A stretch of 57,244 nt of DNA from NCBI GenBank assembly GCA_045580815.1, contig JAZNOL010000014.1:1-57244 (forward strand). The letters are read 5' to 3'. How positions within the stretch are numbered: the stretch's first letter is position 1; each line of letters opens with the position of its first letter. The translations under genes and the position numbers were made by a program. Shown here piece after piece: positions 45,419 through 56,250 of the stretch. The stretch is from Clostridia bacterium (GTDB lineage: Bacteria > Bacillota > Clostridia > RUG12999). A model generated the notes under the pieces. It had not been told where the DNA came from, did no database searches, and worked only from the letters and a program-made list of their open reading frames with translations.

Positions 45419-48013
45419 TCACTTTACTATGTAATAATCCGTATGCGGTTTAATACTCGACATATCTTCCCAAGTATAAAGTTTCACAGCACCAATATTT
45501 GTATCCGAAACTGCAATATTCATACTGTAATCTTTTTCCTCGCCACCGGCATAAGATATAGTATCTCCGGCTGTTGTCGAAATAAGTTTACCTGCTTTAT
45601 CATAAACACTCATTATAAGCTTGCAGTTTTTGTCACTATCCGTAATATTTTTATAACGAACCTGAATTTCAGATGTATCTGTAATATTTTTCAGAGTAAG
45701 TTTACTTCCGCCGGCTGTTTTTGCCGGCGAAATAATCTGCAATGCTTCGTTAGGCTTAATAAAAGCAAAATCTTTTTCGCAAAGCTCAGTTTTACCTGTT
45801 TCATTTGTGTAATAAGCAGAAATTTTATAATCACCGCTGATTGCATCAATCGGCATATAAAATTCATAGTCGGTAAAGCTGTCTTTTTTATCCACTTCTC
45901 CGACACTTACAATTTCACCGGAGTTATTTTTTACCTCAACGGTTATATCTGTACCTACGGACACAGATTTTTCAGTAGCGATACTTACTTCTGCCTTATA
46001 CGAATTGTTGTTGATATAATCATAGCCGCCGTTATTGATGACAATGGCTGTAATCTTATCGCTTTTCAACTCTTTTTCATACACAAAATTAACGTACATA
46101 GCAGCATTTCCGTCTGTTATTTTAGCCGTATAATTACCGTTTTCAAAACGAGCAGGAATTTCAAATTCAAAATGAACGCCGCCGTTTATAGCTGTTTTCT
46201 GTTCAAAATAAGCCAAATCAAAAATATTTGAAAAATCTGAGCCTTCAGGAGCAACCATCAGTGCAATGTTTTTTGAGTTTGCCATCTCTTTATTTTCTAT
46301 AATATCAACATCAATATCCAGTTTTCCGTTTATAGCATTTATTTTCTGGTAATCAGATGTGATAGGCCTATTATTGATTTTCACATCGGCAATTCTGTCT
46401 TTAAATGCTGCATCCATAGGAGAAAGATAAAGAACAACCACGCTCTGGTTTGGCACTGTATATGTTGAAAACTCTGTTTCTTCGTTATAAAGATATGTTT
46501 TTGCGTATATCGCTTCAGGTGTATCTATATTATTTTCAGCCTGCAAATTATCCGATGTAAGAACCTCGGCCTTTTCAAGTTTATACTGTTTGTTTGCGTT
46601 GAACATTATTTTGTGTTTTACATCAGGATTTGAGTTGTTGATTATAACATTAAGCCCACCATCTTCACGGGTATGAGCTGTAGCTGTAATCATTCTTGAG
46701 CCGTTTGATGATGCTGTTGAATCATCAACGCAAAGATTATGGTTGACTCCGGACATAGCGGTTTTTACCACATCTTTACCAAAGGCATTATTCAGCAGTT
46801 TGAAAAGCTCGCCTTCAGCAGAAACATAACTGTCTCCGCCGTTATATTCACGTATAATGCCCCAGCAATGTCCCGGGTATCCGCTTTCTGTACATCCGGT
46901 AGCAACAAAACAATGAAAAGCTGCCAAAGCAACATCTTCATCGTTGCAAAGTCTGTTTATAACCTCTCCTGTTGTCAGAACGCCCTTAAGCGATGTAGCA
47001 AGAGTTTTGTTGTCTGTCGAACAATCTGCCGGATTTTGCCATATTGCATGTTCCGAAAGAAAAATTTTGGGTTTGTTTTCTGTTTCAAGTTCGTTCACAT
47101 ATTTTAAAATCATATTATCAAATCTGTTATATAATGCATATGCCTGATTGCCAACATAATGATAATAGTAATGGTGAACTATGTAATCTGTGCTTGCACC
47201 GAGTTCAGGAATAACAGCACTGTTCCACATATCATAAACGTTACGTCCGTCATGAGGCTGTGAATAAGAAAGTATAGATGTTTTTGCATTGGGATTAGCT
47301 CTTTTAACCGCTTCTATACGTTCTCTTGTGCGGGGAATATAATAGTCGATGCCTGTTTGAAGATTTGTTTTCCATTCTTCAAGGGTTGTCCCCTGTCTGA
47401 AACTGTTATCTGTTTCGTTACCCATTTCAAAGCAGGCAACATTAACAGGTTCAGGAATGCCAAGTTCAATACGTTTGAGAGCCCAGTTTGTTCCATCACT
47501 GCCAACAGCATTTTCATCCTGCGGATTAAGCGTTAAAAACCTTACGAGGTCAGCAATATTTTCCGGGTCATCGTTAAGATTAATTGTTATAACAAACTGT
47601 ACATCCGGTGTTACCGCCTGTGCAGTTTTTATCCATTCAACAAGACCGAACGCAAGAAGTTTTCCAAAGCCATCATAACCTCTTTCGCTCATATTGCCAA
47701 TCGTTTTTTTCCATTCCAGATTATGAAAAAATCCTCTTATCATAGGAATTTCTATCATATTATTCTGCAAAGCATTATAATAATCCGGATTTTGAAGCTG
47801 TGTCGATGCCGCTGAAGAAAAACCGTCATGCAATCTCCAACCTGCACTTTGCCATGTCGAATCGTCATTATAACCAAGCAGGCCTTTATCGGCCTGCTTG
47901 ATTACTGTGTTCTCGTCTATGGTCATGATTGTTGTGTACTCTGCCACATCCGCCATAACACAAATACCAAATGCAATCGACATGATAATCAATAATGATA
48001 ATACACGTCTCAT
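45419..48013 (-). CDS. Secreted clan GH-A glycoside hydrolase, GH51 (arabinofuranosidase)-like, with C-terminal Ig-like modules
   Basis: Signal peptide; FEMGNE (acid/base), HHYY, FLSEH (nucleophile), GH51-like C-terminal beta-sandwich (VLT....AEN..D.P..I...VP..SV.VL.L). Confidence 0.72.
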   Translation of the reverse strand: MRRVLSLLIIMSIAFGICVMADVAEYTTIMTIDENTVIKQADKGLLGYNDDSTWQSAGWRLHDGFSSAASTQLQNPDYYNALQNNMIEIPMIRGFFHNLEWKKTIGNMSERGYDGFGKLLAFGLVEWIKTAQAVTPDVQFVITINLNDDPENIADLVRFLTLNPQDENAVGSDGTNWALKRIELGIPEPVNVACFEMGNETDNSFRQGTTLEEWKTNLQTGIDYYIPRTRERIEAVKRANPNAKTSILSYSQPHDGRNVYDMWNSAVIPELGASTDYIVHHYYYHYVGNQAYALYNRFDNMILKYVNELETENKPKIFLSEHAIWQNPADCSTDNKTLATSLKGVLTTGEVINRLCNDEDVALAAFHCFVATGCTESGYPGHCWGIIREYNGGDSYVSAEGELFKLLNNAFGKDVVKTAMSGVNHNLCVDDSTASSNGSRMITATAHTREDGGLNVIINNSNPDVKHKIMFNANKQYKLEKAEVLTSDNLQAENNIDTPEAIYAKTYLYNEETEFSTYTVPNQSVVVLYLSPMDAAFKDRIADVKINNRPITSDYQKINAINGKLDIDVDIIENKEMANSKNIALMVAPEGSDFSNIFDLAYFEQKTAINGGVHFEFEIPARFENGNYTAKITDGNAAMYVNFVYEKELKSDKITAIVINNGGYDYINNNSYKAEVSIATEKSVSVGTDITVEVKNNSGEIVSVGEVDKKDSFTDYEFYMPIDAISGDYKISAYYTNETGKTELCEKDFAFIKPNEALQIISPAKTAGGSKLTLKNITDTSEIQVRYKNITDSDKNCKLIMSVYDKAGKLISTTAGDTISYAGGEEKDYSMNIAVSDTNIGAVKLYTWEDMSSIKPHTDYYIVK

Positions 48014-48036
48014 ATTAAAGCTCCAATCTAAAAAGA

Positions 48037-51027
48037 TTATCTAAGTCCGTTATAAATAATATACTGTCTTGCACCACCATGAACAGGGATGAAGAATATC
48101 AGCGAGGCATTTTCTGCACCATCAGAATACACACTCTTAAGGTCGCCGAACACACCGGTACGAACTACAGGTTTTTCTTTAGATTTTGTAGCATCAAAAA
48201 GAATTGTTCCGTAATGCTGCCATGCTGTGTTTGTATTTACATGACCTGTAAACTGGAATTCTCTTTCGTTTGTATCAGTATCAATAATCTGACCTGCCTG
48301 AACTACAAATGTGTTACTTGAAGATGTTGCGTAAACTTCACCAAATCTTGTATAGTAATAGTTGCTTGTTCCGGCTTTCCAAAATCTGTTTCCGTCTGCA
48401 TCAACAGTTACACTGTTTACAAAATCAAATTTTCCTGCTTCCACGTTTGCCGCAGTAATCGGAATATCGTTGTAGGTTACTCTTTCATAACTTGATACAA
48501 TGTCTTTACCTTTTGTTTTAATTCTAATCATATCGCCGGGTTTAAGACCGTCAAGAACCTTTGCACTTTCCGCCATATACTGTTTTTCAGCAACACCGGT
48601 AATAACCGAAAGCTGTGCTGTCGGGAAACCATCTTCATCTTTTGCCATAGTTACATCTTTAACCATAACAGCAGACTGATATGCGGTTGTATAGATATAA
48701 GTGTCACCGGTTGTTGATGCTTCGTATTTAAGAGCAATCGCAGGTTTAAGCAGATTAACATCATAAAGCTCAATTTCCTGATTGCTGTAATTTGTTACGC
48801 CACCAACAGAAAATACCGTGTCATCATCAGGCGTTTCTTTGGACGGAACATTAAAATATTTAGTCGGAATAAAGTATGCACCGAGGCTCTCGTGCTGTGA
48901 TACACGTGTTTTAATACGTCCGCTTGTATCGTTTTCAACGTTATAGTTTTCGGGCAAAGCATCACGGTTTAAATGTGTTTTTTCCGCACCCGCCGGAAGG
49001 CCTACCGACTGAAGAACAGTCTGGATGTCTGTGATTTCACCGTCAGCATTAGTTTTATATTTTATCAGCTGTGACATTGTGAAATCTTTGCGGAGCATTG
49101 CCGCTGTTTTCTGAAGTGCCTTATAAATATTTGCGTGACTTTCTTTTGTGCCGTTAAGACGCACATTTTCAGAAAGCTTAAACACAGTTTTGTCACCGTC
49201 GTATGTTAAAAGCTTTATTTCTAAATTTGAAGCAATTGTTCCTGCAAAAGCCGCATTTATAATGTAACCGTAGGTATAGTCACCTGTGCTGTCGTCGCTT
49301 TTTGTGAAAGAAACAATTTTTCCGTAGCAGTCAAGACTGAATATACCTTTGTCTCCGAGGTTACAAAGCGAATTTTTTTCATCCATAAAATGACTGGGAG
49401 CAAGCTCGTATTCTTTGCCGTCAATTACATATGCACCTGTTTCGGTATCAAAAGCTTCAAGTGTTCCTTCAACTTTTTCTTCAGACACAATAACTTTAAT
49501 ATATTTTGCTGTTTCTGCCGGAAATACATGTCCGCGCTGTTGTGTAGAGTCAAATTCATCAGCAAATATACTGATTACACTATCTGTAGGAACTTTACTA
49601 AAATCCATTGATGTCATCTGTTTACCGTTTGCATCATAAACACCAACAAGTGCCACAATATAATTTATCAGACTACCATCAATTCTTGTAATATCAAGCG
49701 TTACATCGTTGCTAAGATCAATTTCGATATTTTTGTAGTCATATTCAGGCACAAAAGTCACTTTGTTATCAGAACCCGAGATACTGCTTAAAATAAAGTT
49801 CGAATACTGATTAATCATAACGGTTGAGTAATTTTCTGTGCCGTCATTTGCAATAAGTCTAACACTACCGCTTGATATATCAAACAGGTTTTCTTTATAT
49901 TCTTTAAGATATGAACCGTTATAGATAAGTTTGTGAATCATATTAATTTTTGCTTCGCGTGTTTTTTCTTCACTTTCAGCATATCTGTATGTAAGATTAC
50001 TGAAACTCAAAATATCATCCGCTTTAATTTCCAGTTCTTTAACATCTTTGTGTTTCGACATATAAATCACGGTTTTTGTATCGTTGTCATCTTTATAGAA
50101 AAATTCAACTTTGTAACCGAGATAGTTCTGGTAATTGTTATTTGTTGTGGTATATCGTGTTGAGCCGATAACCATGCTGTTTGATGTAAACGGCAATTCA
50201 CATATTGTTGTGATATTGTTCGTATTTACAACACCGTCACCTTTAAAGATATTAAAATATTTGCTCAAAGGTGTAACGTTTTTGTTCTTTGCTGTCTGAA
50301 TGTCATCACCAAAGCTTACCTGCTCCATAATCGGACTTTGCAGTGCATTGAAAACAAGCGTTGCAGCTTCAGCACGTGAAAGAGCATTTGCATCTTTACA
50401 CGAAATTCCTTTTAAGAAACCTGCCTCCTGTGCCGTTACAAGGTATCCGGTGGGGTATCCGCCGTTAAGCTGTGCATAACGTTCATAACCAAGAACTCTT
50501 GCAAGAATTGTTACAAGTTCTATATAAGAAATATTATTGTTAGGACGGAAAGTATTATCGTCGTATCCTGTAATAATTCCCATTGCAACAGCCGAAGAAA
50601 TGTCATTATAGAACATATCCCCTTCTGCTACATCATAGAAATTGCCGGCAAGAGTACCAACTTTATCAATATTATAGTTATACATACGCATAACAACCGC
50701 TGACATTTCGCCACGGGTAATATTGTTATCAGGACCGAATGTTCCGTCTCCATATCCTCCGAATATACCAAGAATATTTAAAAATTCTGCATATTTACTT
50801 ACTTTTTCATCTTTTATATCACTAAAAGCTTTGTTTGTATCAATAACAGTTGTTTCAATAATAACCTGGTCTTTCTGTGCTGCTTCAAGGTCGATGTTAT
50901 CATACTCATGACCCGCACCGCTGTTACTTGCCATTTCGTTTTCTGCCGCAATTGCCACACCTGCAAATAACTGAACAAACATTGAAATAAGCAGCATTGC
51001 AATTATTGATATTTTCGTCTTTTTCAT
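48037..51027 (-). CDS. S-layer homology (SLH) domain surface protein
   Basis: Signal peptide; N-terminal SLH repeats FSDI..GIFGGYGDGTFGPDNNITRGE, FYDV..GIITGYDDNTFRPNNNIS, LSRAEAA.L.FNAL. Confidence 0.9.
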   Translation of the reverse strand: MKKTKISIIAMLLISMFVQLFAGVAIAAENEMASNSGAGHEYDNIDLEAAQKDQVIIETTVIDTNKAFSDIKDEKVSKYAEFLNILGIFGGYGDGTFGPDNNITRGEMSAVVMRMYNYNIDKVGTLAGNFYDVAEGDMFYNDISSAVAMGIITGYDDNTFRPNNNISYIELVTILARVLGYERYAQLNGGYPTGYLVTAQEAGFLKGISCKDANALSRAEAATLVFNALQSPIMEQVSFGDDIQTAKNKNVTPLSKYFNIFKGDGVVNTNNITTICELPFTSNSMVIGSTRYTTTNNNYQNYLGYKVEFFYKDDNDTKTVIYMSKHKDVKELEIKADDILSFSNLTYRYAESEEKTREAKINMIHKLIYNGSYLKEYKENLFDISSGSVRLIANDGTENYSTVMINQYSNFILSSISGSDNKVTFVPEYDYKNIEIDLSNDVTLDITRIDGSLINYIVALVGVYDANGKQMTSMDFSKVPTDSVISIFADEFDSTQQRGHVFPAETAKYIKVIVSEEKVEGTLEAFDTETGAYVIDGKEYELAPSHFMDEKNSLCNLGDKGIFSLDCYGKIVSFTKSDDSTGDYTYGYIINAAFAGTIASNLEIKLLTYDGDKTVFKLSENVRLNGTKESHANIYKALQKTAAMLRKDFTMSQLIKYKTNADGEITDIQTVLQSVGLPAGAEKTHLNRDALPENYNVENDTSGRIKTRVSQHESLGAYFIPTKYFNVPSKETPDDDTVFSVGGVTNYSNQEIELYDVNLLKPAIALKYEASTTGDTYIYTTAYQSAVMVKDVTMAKDEDGFPTAQLSVITGVAEKQYMAESAKVLDGLKPGDMIRIKTKGKDIVSSYERVTYNDIPITAANVEAGKFDFVNSVTVDADGNRFWKAGTSNYYYTRFGEVYATSSSNTFVVQAGQIIDTDTNEREFQFTGHVNTNTAWQHYGTILFDATKSKEKPVVRTGVFGDLKSVYSDGAENASLIFFIPVHGGARQYIIYNGLR

Positions 51028-51041
51028 TGTTTATGCCCTCC

Positions 51042-53336
51042 TTATTTCACTAAACCGTTAAGTCTGTACAGCATTGAAGCCATCTGAGCTCTTGTTGCCT
51101 TGCTGGTAGGTCTTAAATAGCCATTTTCATACATACGGTAGAAAATTCCAAGCTGTGTTGCTGTTGCAACAGATGTTTTTGCCCAAGGCGAAATTTCTGA
51201 TTTATACACAAAATCATAAAGAACAGAATCTTCATCTACTGCCGGTATTTCTGTATTGTAATGTTTATAAATTCTGCAAAGTGTTACAGCAGCCTCTTCA
51301 AGTGTAATGTTGTCATTCGGTCTGAATGAACCATCTGTGTCACCTTTAAGGAATCCTTCAATCTGCATTGCATTTACATAAGGCATAAACCAATCGCTGT
51401 CGTTTACGTCTTTAAAATATGAGCCTGTGTAATTTGTGTCAAGCTCAAGCATTCTGCTTACCATTGCTGCAAACTCAGCACGTGTAACGTTTTCACGGGG
51501 AGCAAATTTTCCGTCACCCTTACCGTTGATAACGCCCATTTCGCTCATTTTGAGAATTTCATTTTTAGCCCATACGTTATCAATGTCATCAAATGTACCC
51601 TCAAGTTCTTCGCTTATAACAAGGTCTGCTCCGTCATCAACACCACCGACTGAAACTTCTTCACCGAAAAGCGGAAGGTCTTTATTTGACTCAAGAGTAA
51701 GAACGATAAGGCTCTTTGTAGGCATATAATACTCTTTGAAATTCTTTTCGTTTTTCTCTGTTGTTACAGGGTCACACATATCAAGTGTATCTTTGTCAAC
51801 AATATATGATGTATAGTTTGGTCCTGTAAGTACAGTTTCTGATTTAAGAGTATATTCATTTTCAAAATCAAATGTAAGGTTGAGGTCAACTGTAGGTGAG
51901 TCATTTGTTAAAATGAGGTTCATTGTACGTTTACCTTCAGGAGAAGCAAGAACCGTAAACTTACGTTCCGCACTGTCTACATCTGTGATTTTGTCACCGT
52001 TACTGTCAATTTCATCATATACTATACGGTCACCAAGGCCTGAATCGTATACACGGAACATTTTTGACATAACTGTTTCGGTCAGCTTGCCGTCTATAAT
52101 ATTGTAGAGTGCCCACATTCTGCCGTTATAGAAAATGTTATGGTATGTTGCACCGTAAATATTATCGTAGTGATACATTCTGGAAAACCACTGTGCAACA
52201 GAAAGTGCCGCATCAAGGCTGTTAGAACGTCCGTTATCAAGCGGTGATGTCCATGTTGAATGCTCGGTCATAATCATTTTAATGCCATTATCTTCGCCAA
52301 GAACGCTTGCCAAGTCGGCAGTATATTTCTGATGATAGTCCTCCTGCTGTGCAGTAGAAACGCCATCATAATACGGGTGACAAGACATAAAATCAATATC
52401 CTCACCGAGTGCCTGAGCAATTCCTATTGTCCAGTCGCCCCAGTTTGCGTTGTTGTTTTCCCAAGGACATGATTTACCAACAGCCATAAATTTTATATCC
52501 GGGCAAAGCTCACGGATTGCATCAATATGTCTTTTTGCCATTGCTGTGTACCAGTCAAGTCTGGGCTGGCTGAAACGGAATATACCTGCCGGGTTTGTTG
52601 AGTCGTGGTCAAGCTCGTTACCAAGTTCAACACAAACAACATCAATAGGCTCTATAATTCCGTAAGATGCACGAAGTGCACCGTATTCCGATTCATCTGC
52701 CTTGTGTGTCCAGAATGCGGCAACTTTTGCATTTTCTTCAGGAGAAGCTGTACTGAGCGACAAACAAAGAACCATTTTAAATTCCGGATTGTTTGCCTGG
52801 GCATATTTCATAAACTCAATAGGTCCGAAACGTTGTGCACCGCCGGCAACCTTGCCACGATTCTGCTCATAATATGTATCATCGGTAAATTTTGAGTCGG
52901 TTCGTTTGTCAAGAGGACCGATATTGTTCCACTGGTTAGTGTTTTCCATTGATGAGCCGCCCCATCTGTAAAGAGGACATTTAAACCAGTTTGCTGCAAA
53001 TGTTTTATATTCATTGGTCAGTTCCAGAGAATCGTTGAGAAAAAACTGGTCGCTACCGAAAAGCTCACACTGTGCACCAAGCAAATAGTTATCAGCTTCA
53101 CGAATAATATTGCTTTCTTTTATTGTAACAGTTGCGTCAACCGTTCTTTCAACATAAGTGTTTTCAATTTGGACAAGTTCTTTAACTTTAACCTGGTCAT
53201 CTTTTGCATTCGCTTCAAAAATTGCATCCTGAATCTCTTGCCAGCCCATTTCATCAGCAGCTAAAACGCTGACCGTTGAAAACGCCATAAGAGATGCAAG
53301 TGCAACCGAAGCTGCTTTTTTAAATAATTTATTCAT
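51042..53336 (-). CDS. Secreted GH51-like glycoside hydrolase with three C-terminal SLH domains
   Basis: Signal peptide; YRWGG, VELGNE, CHPYY, MTEH..W; C-terminal FDDIDNVWA..F.P...VTRAEF, FKDV.DSDWF..FRPNDNITLEE, S.WAK..ATRAQMA. Confidence 0.82.
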   Translation of the reverse strand: MNKLFKKAASVALASLMAFSTVSVLAADEMGWQEIQDAIFEANAKDDQVKVKELVQIENTYVERTVDATVTIKESNIIREADNYLLGAQCELFGSDQFFLNDSLELTNEYKTFAANWFKCPLYRWGGSSMENTNQWNNIGPLDKRTDSKFTDDTYYEQNRGKVAGGAQRFGPIEFMKYAQANNPEFKMVLCLSLSTASPEENAKVAAFWTHKADESEYGALRASYGIIEPIDVVCVELGNELDHDSTNPAGIFRFSQPRLDWYTAMAKRHIDAIRELCPDIKFMAVGKSCPWENNNANWGDWTIGIAQALGEDIDFMSCHPYYDGVSTAQQEDYHQKYTADLASVLGEDNGIKMIMTEHSTWTSPLDNGRSNSLDAALSVAQWFSRMYHYDNIYGATYHNIFYNGRMWALYNIIDGKLTETVMSKMFRVYDSGLGDRIVYDEIDSNGDKITDVDSAERKFTVLASPEGKRTMNLILTNDSPTVDLNLTFDFENEYTLKSETVLTGPNYTSYIVDKDTLDMCDPVTTEKNEKNFKEYYMPTKSLIVLTLESNKDLPLFGEEVSVGGVDDGADLVISEELEGTFDDIDNVWAKNEILKMSEMGVINGKGDGKFAPRENVTRAEFAAMVSRMLELDTNYTGSYFKDVNDSDWFMPYVNAMQIEGFLKGDTDGSFRPNDNITLEEAAVTLCRIYKHYNTEIPAVDEDSVLYDFVYKSEISPWAKTSVATATQLGIFYRMYENGYLRPTSKATRAQMASMLYRLNGLVK

Positions 53337-56190
53337 TAACTGTCTCCTCCTGTGCCTCTTCTTCCACCGGTTCGGGCTCTACATATGCTTTCTTCACAGC
53401 ACCGTAAATCATTTTTGCACTTTCAGCTCTTGTTGCGTTTGCTTTCGGCAGGAAATTGCCTGAGCCATCACCATTAATAATGTCTGCAATCTGCATTTTT
53501 GAGATTGCGCCATATGCCCAATCTGCAATATCTGCATCATCATCAAAACGAACAAGACCATTTGTTTTAGGAAGAACTTTATCCTGCATTTTAACTACAC
53601 GGTCAATCATAACTGCGATTTCCTGACGTGAAATCAAAACATTAGGATTAGCATTTCCGCCATCGCCAAGGACAACACCTGCATTGTTTGCCGCAACAAA
53701 ATAAGGTGTAAACCAATCTGTTGCTGCAATATCTGCAAACGGAAGTTCATCCTCCTCGCCTATTGTCGGGATTTCAATTTCAAATGCAACCATCAGTATT
53801 TTTACAAACTCACTACGAGTAATCTGATTGTTGGGCTTGAATGTGGAATCTTCATATCCCGAAACAGCATCAACAGCAGAAAGATAACGTATACCGTCAT
53901 AAGCCCAGTGTTCAACCGGAACATCAGGATAAAGCTGTTTTTTAGCAACAACGGTATTATCAGCATTAGGAGTGTTTGTTGTTATAACAGTTGCAGGCAT
54001 TGATATGGAACTGCCACCTCCGCCACCGCCTCCGCCGCCACCGTAGCTTCCATAGTAGCGGTCAGAAGAGCTTGTTTCTTCTTCCTCTTCTTCAGGTGCT
54101 TCAAAATTGTCAATAAAATCTTTTACTGCATCAATTGTTGTTAAATCATCCTGATTGAGTTTTAAATCTTCATAAAGAGCAGTTTTTGCCCCGTCAATTT
54201 CATCAAGCTTTTCAAATTTATCTGCATCATATCCAATTTCTTCGCCACATTCGCTTACAATGACTCCGATTGTTTCATAACCTAAAGCATCAGCAAATGC
54301 AGTCATAACATATGTATCTGCAAAATATTTCTGCAAATCCATGATGTTTTCAAAGTTTTTGTTCTGCATAGCAGTAAGAACTTCTTCTTTGTAATCAGCA
54401 TAATATTTGTTTTCAAGAGGCAAACCGTAACTGCTGTTGTTTGTAGTGATTGCGTTTTCAATTGCAGTATTATCAGTAAGATTTATAACTTCAAGAAGTT
54501 TTATTTCATCTGTAATTGTCTGCATAAAATCACGCACATCGTCAATTTTTTTAATATCAAATGTGTAATCAATAAGTGCCTGAGCAACGTGGTTTAATTC
54601 ATCGTCTGAAAGAGCATTGATTGCATCCATATCAAAATCCTTGATATCCGAAAGTTTAGTTTCTCCTGTTCCTTTCATGATATCATAAATTATCTGTTTG
54701 TCTGTTGCATCACTGATTGCATCAATTATGGGTGCTTTTTCTGCAATATATGCGTCTTCTGTACCGTTGATCTCAGCATCTTTCATTTCGCCGATAATGT
54801 TAATAGAAAAGTTTTTTGCAACGCCTGTGCCATAAACTGTTGCACTGACATTTCCATCACGAAGTGCTGTTATGGCTGAGACAGCAGGTGAAAGTCTGTA
54901 AGAATCGGAAACGACGATATGCGGCTCGCCTACATCTTTACCTTTTTCACGAAGAACAAGGTTCAAACTTTTTCCAACACTTACATCAAAACTTTCACCG
55001 CCCTCAACTTCGCAGTATATGTTAATATTATCTGCTACTGATTCATCCGAGAATTTAATATATCTCGCTTTTTCTTCCGAAACAGTATTGATCCATTTGC
55101 CGCTGTCGAGTATTACTTCAATGTCGGTATAGTTTTCACCGTCTTCGGAAATGCTCATTGTAAATGAGCTTACTGTGTCTGATGTGATACGGCGGATTTT
55201 TGAGGTATTTAAAATATCATAAACACCTTCACTTACGCGCATAATATCAGATGCATTATAATACAGATTGTTGTCTGCTTCTGTTTTGCCGTCAAGCCAG
55301 GGATTATATTCATTTAAAACGATATTGTCAAACAGTGTATACTCTGTACCCTGACCGCTTGCCATGAATTTAAGGGCAACATCGCCGTTGGCAGCTATTT
55401 TCTGCTCTGTTACGGTAACGGTACCGTCACCGTTGTCTACAATATTTGCAGGCTGCAAGAACGAACCGCTGAAATCAGCGTTTTCTACACCTGTGTTTTT
55501 ATTTACAGCACTCCAGCTTGCTTCACCGTTTGCAAAGATAACAGTCATGTGATGCCATGTTGCAACCGGAAAAGCCCCTGACGGATATACACCGCTTTTT
55601 GTAGTTACGGCATTTGTATCAAGACGGTTAGCTACTGAGTTTTTTGATACAGCTATTGATTTTGTGCCGTCAGTCCAACGGTTGCCGCCCGGCCAGTAAA
55701 TCTGATAAAAATTACCGCCGCCAACCATAAAACGGATACCACCGCCGGCTCTGCCGCCTGTTGCTCCTGTATCTGTTTTGTTAGGAGTGTACATATCAAA
55801 TTCAAGCTTATAGGTTTTTGCCGGATCAAGATTCATAAGATCCAGGTTTTCCATAACCGGAGCAGCATCTTTCTGATATTCACTTCTTCCTTCAAGAGCA
55901 AGAACCTTGTTATCAGGATTTGTCGGGTCTAAAGCTATTTTTGCCTGACCTCCGCTGTCATAACCGAAGCTTGTATCTTCAGATGCTCTCCATGTTTCTG
56001 TAAGAAAATGACCTTTACCTTTAACTGCTGCATCTGTGCTGTAACTTTCAAAATCTTCCTCAAAAAGATTTACGGGAGTTGTATCTTCCGCACCATCACC
56101 GGCTAAAACCGGAACAGCTGAAAATACAAGTCCTGCACAAACAGTTACTGACAAAAATTTTGAAAGTGATTTTTTAATTTTGCCTGACAT
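53329..56190 (-). CDS. SLH-anchored surface protein: ConA-like module, helical repeats, Gly-rich linker, 3x SLH
   Basis: Signal peptide from ATG 56190 (GGAGG RBS); EEDFESY..GGGIRF..FDN module; SYGGGGGGGGGGSS linker; YPDVPVEHWA..ITRSEF, FADIAATDWF, FDDDADIADWA..ATRAESA. Confidence 0.85.
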   Translation of the reverse strand: MSGKIKKSLSKFLSVTVCAGLVFSAVPVLAGDGAEDTTPVNLFEEDFESYSTDAAVKGKGHFLTETWRASEDTSFGYDSGGQAKIALDPTNPDNKVLALEGRSEYQKDAAPVMENLDLMNLDPAKTYKLEFDMYTPNKTDTGATGGRAGGGIRFMVGGGNFYQIYWPGGNRWTDGTKSIAVSKNSVANRLDTNAVTTKSGVYPSGAFPVATWHHMTVIFANGEASWSAVNKNTGVENADFSGSFLQPANIVDNGDGTVTVTEQKIAANGDVALKFMASGQGTEYTLFDNIVLNEYNPWLDGKTEADNNLYYNASDIMRVSEGVYDILNTSKIRRITSDTVSSFTMSISEDGENYTDIEVILDSGKWINTVSEEKARYIKFSDESVADNINIYCEVEGGESFDVSVGKSLNLVLREKGKDVGEPHIVVSDSYRLSPAVSAITALRDGNVSATVYGTGVAKNFSINIIGEMKDAEINGTEDAYIAEKAPIIDAISDATDKQIIYDIMKGTGETKLSDIKDFDMDAINALSDDELNHVAQALIDYTFDIKKIDDVRDFMQTITDEIKLLEVINLTDNTAIENAITTNNSSYGLPLENKYYADYKEEVLTAMQNKNFENIMDLQKYFADTYVMTAFADALGYETIGVIVSECGEEIGYDADKFEKLDEIDGAKTALYEDLKLNQDDLTTIDAVKDFIDNFEAPEEEEEETSSSDRYYGSYGGGGGGGGGGSSISMPATVITTNTPNADNTVVAKKQLYPDVPVEHWAYDGIRYLSAVDAVSGYEDSTFKPNNQITRSEFVKILMVAFEIEIPTIGEEDELPFADIAATDWFTPYFVAANNAGVVLGDGGNANPNVLISRQEIAVMIDRVVKMQDKVLPKTNGLVRFDDDADIADWAYGAISKMQIADIINGDGSGNFLPKANATRAESAKMIYGAVKKAYVEPEPVEEEAQEETVNE

Positions 56191-56250
56191 ATTGTTTCCT
56201 CCAAATTTTTCACTAATAAAAATATGTAAATTATTTAAATACGCATTTGT

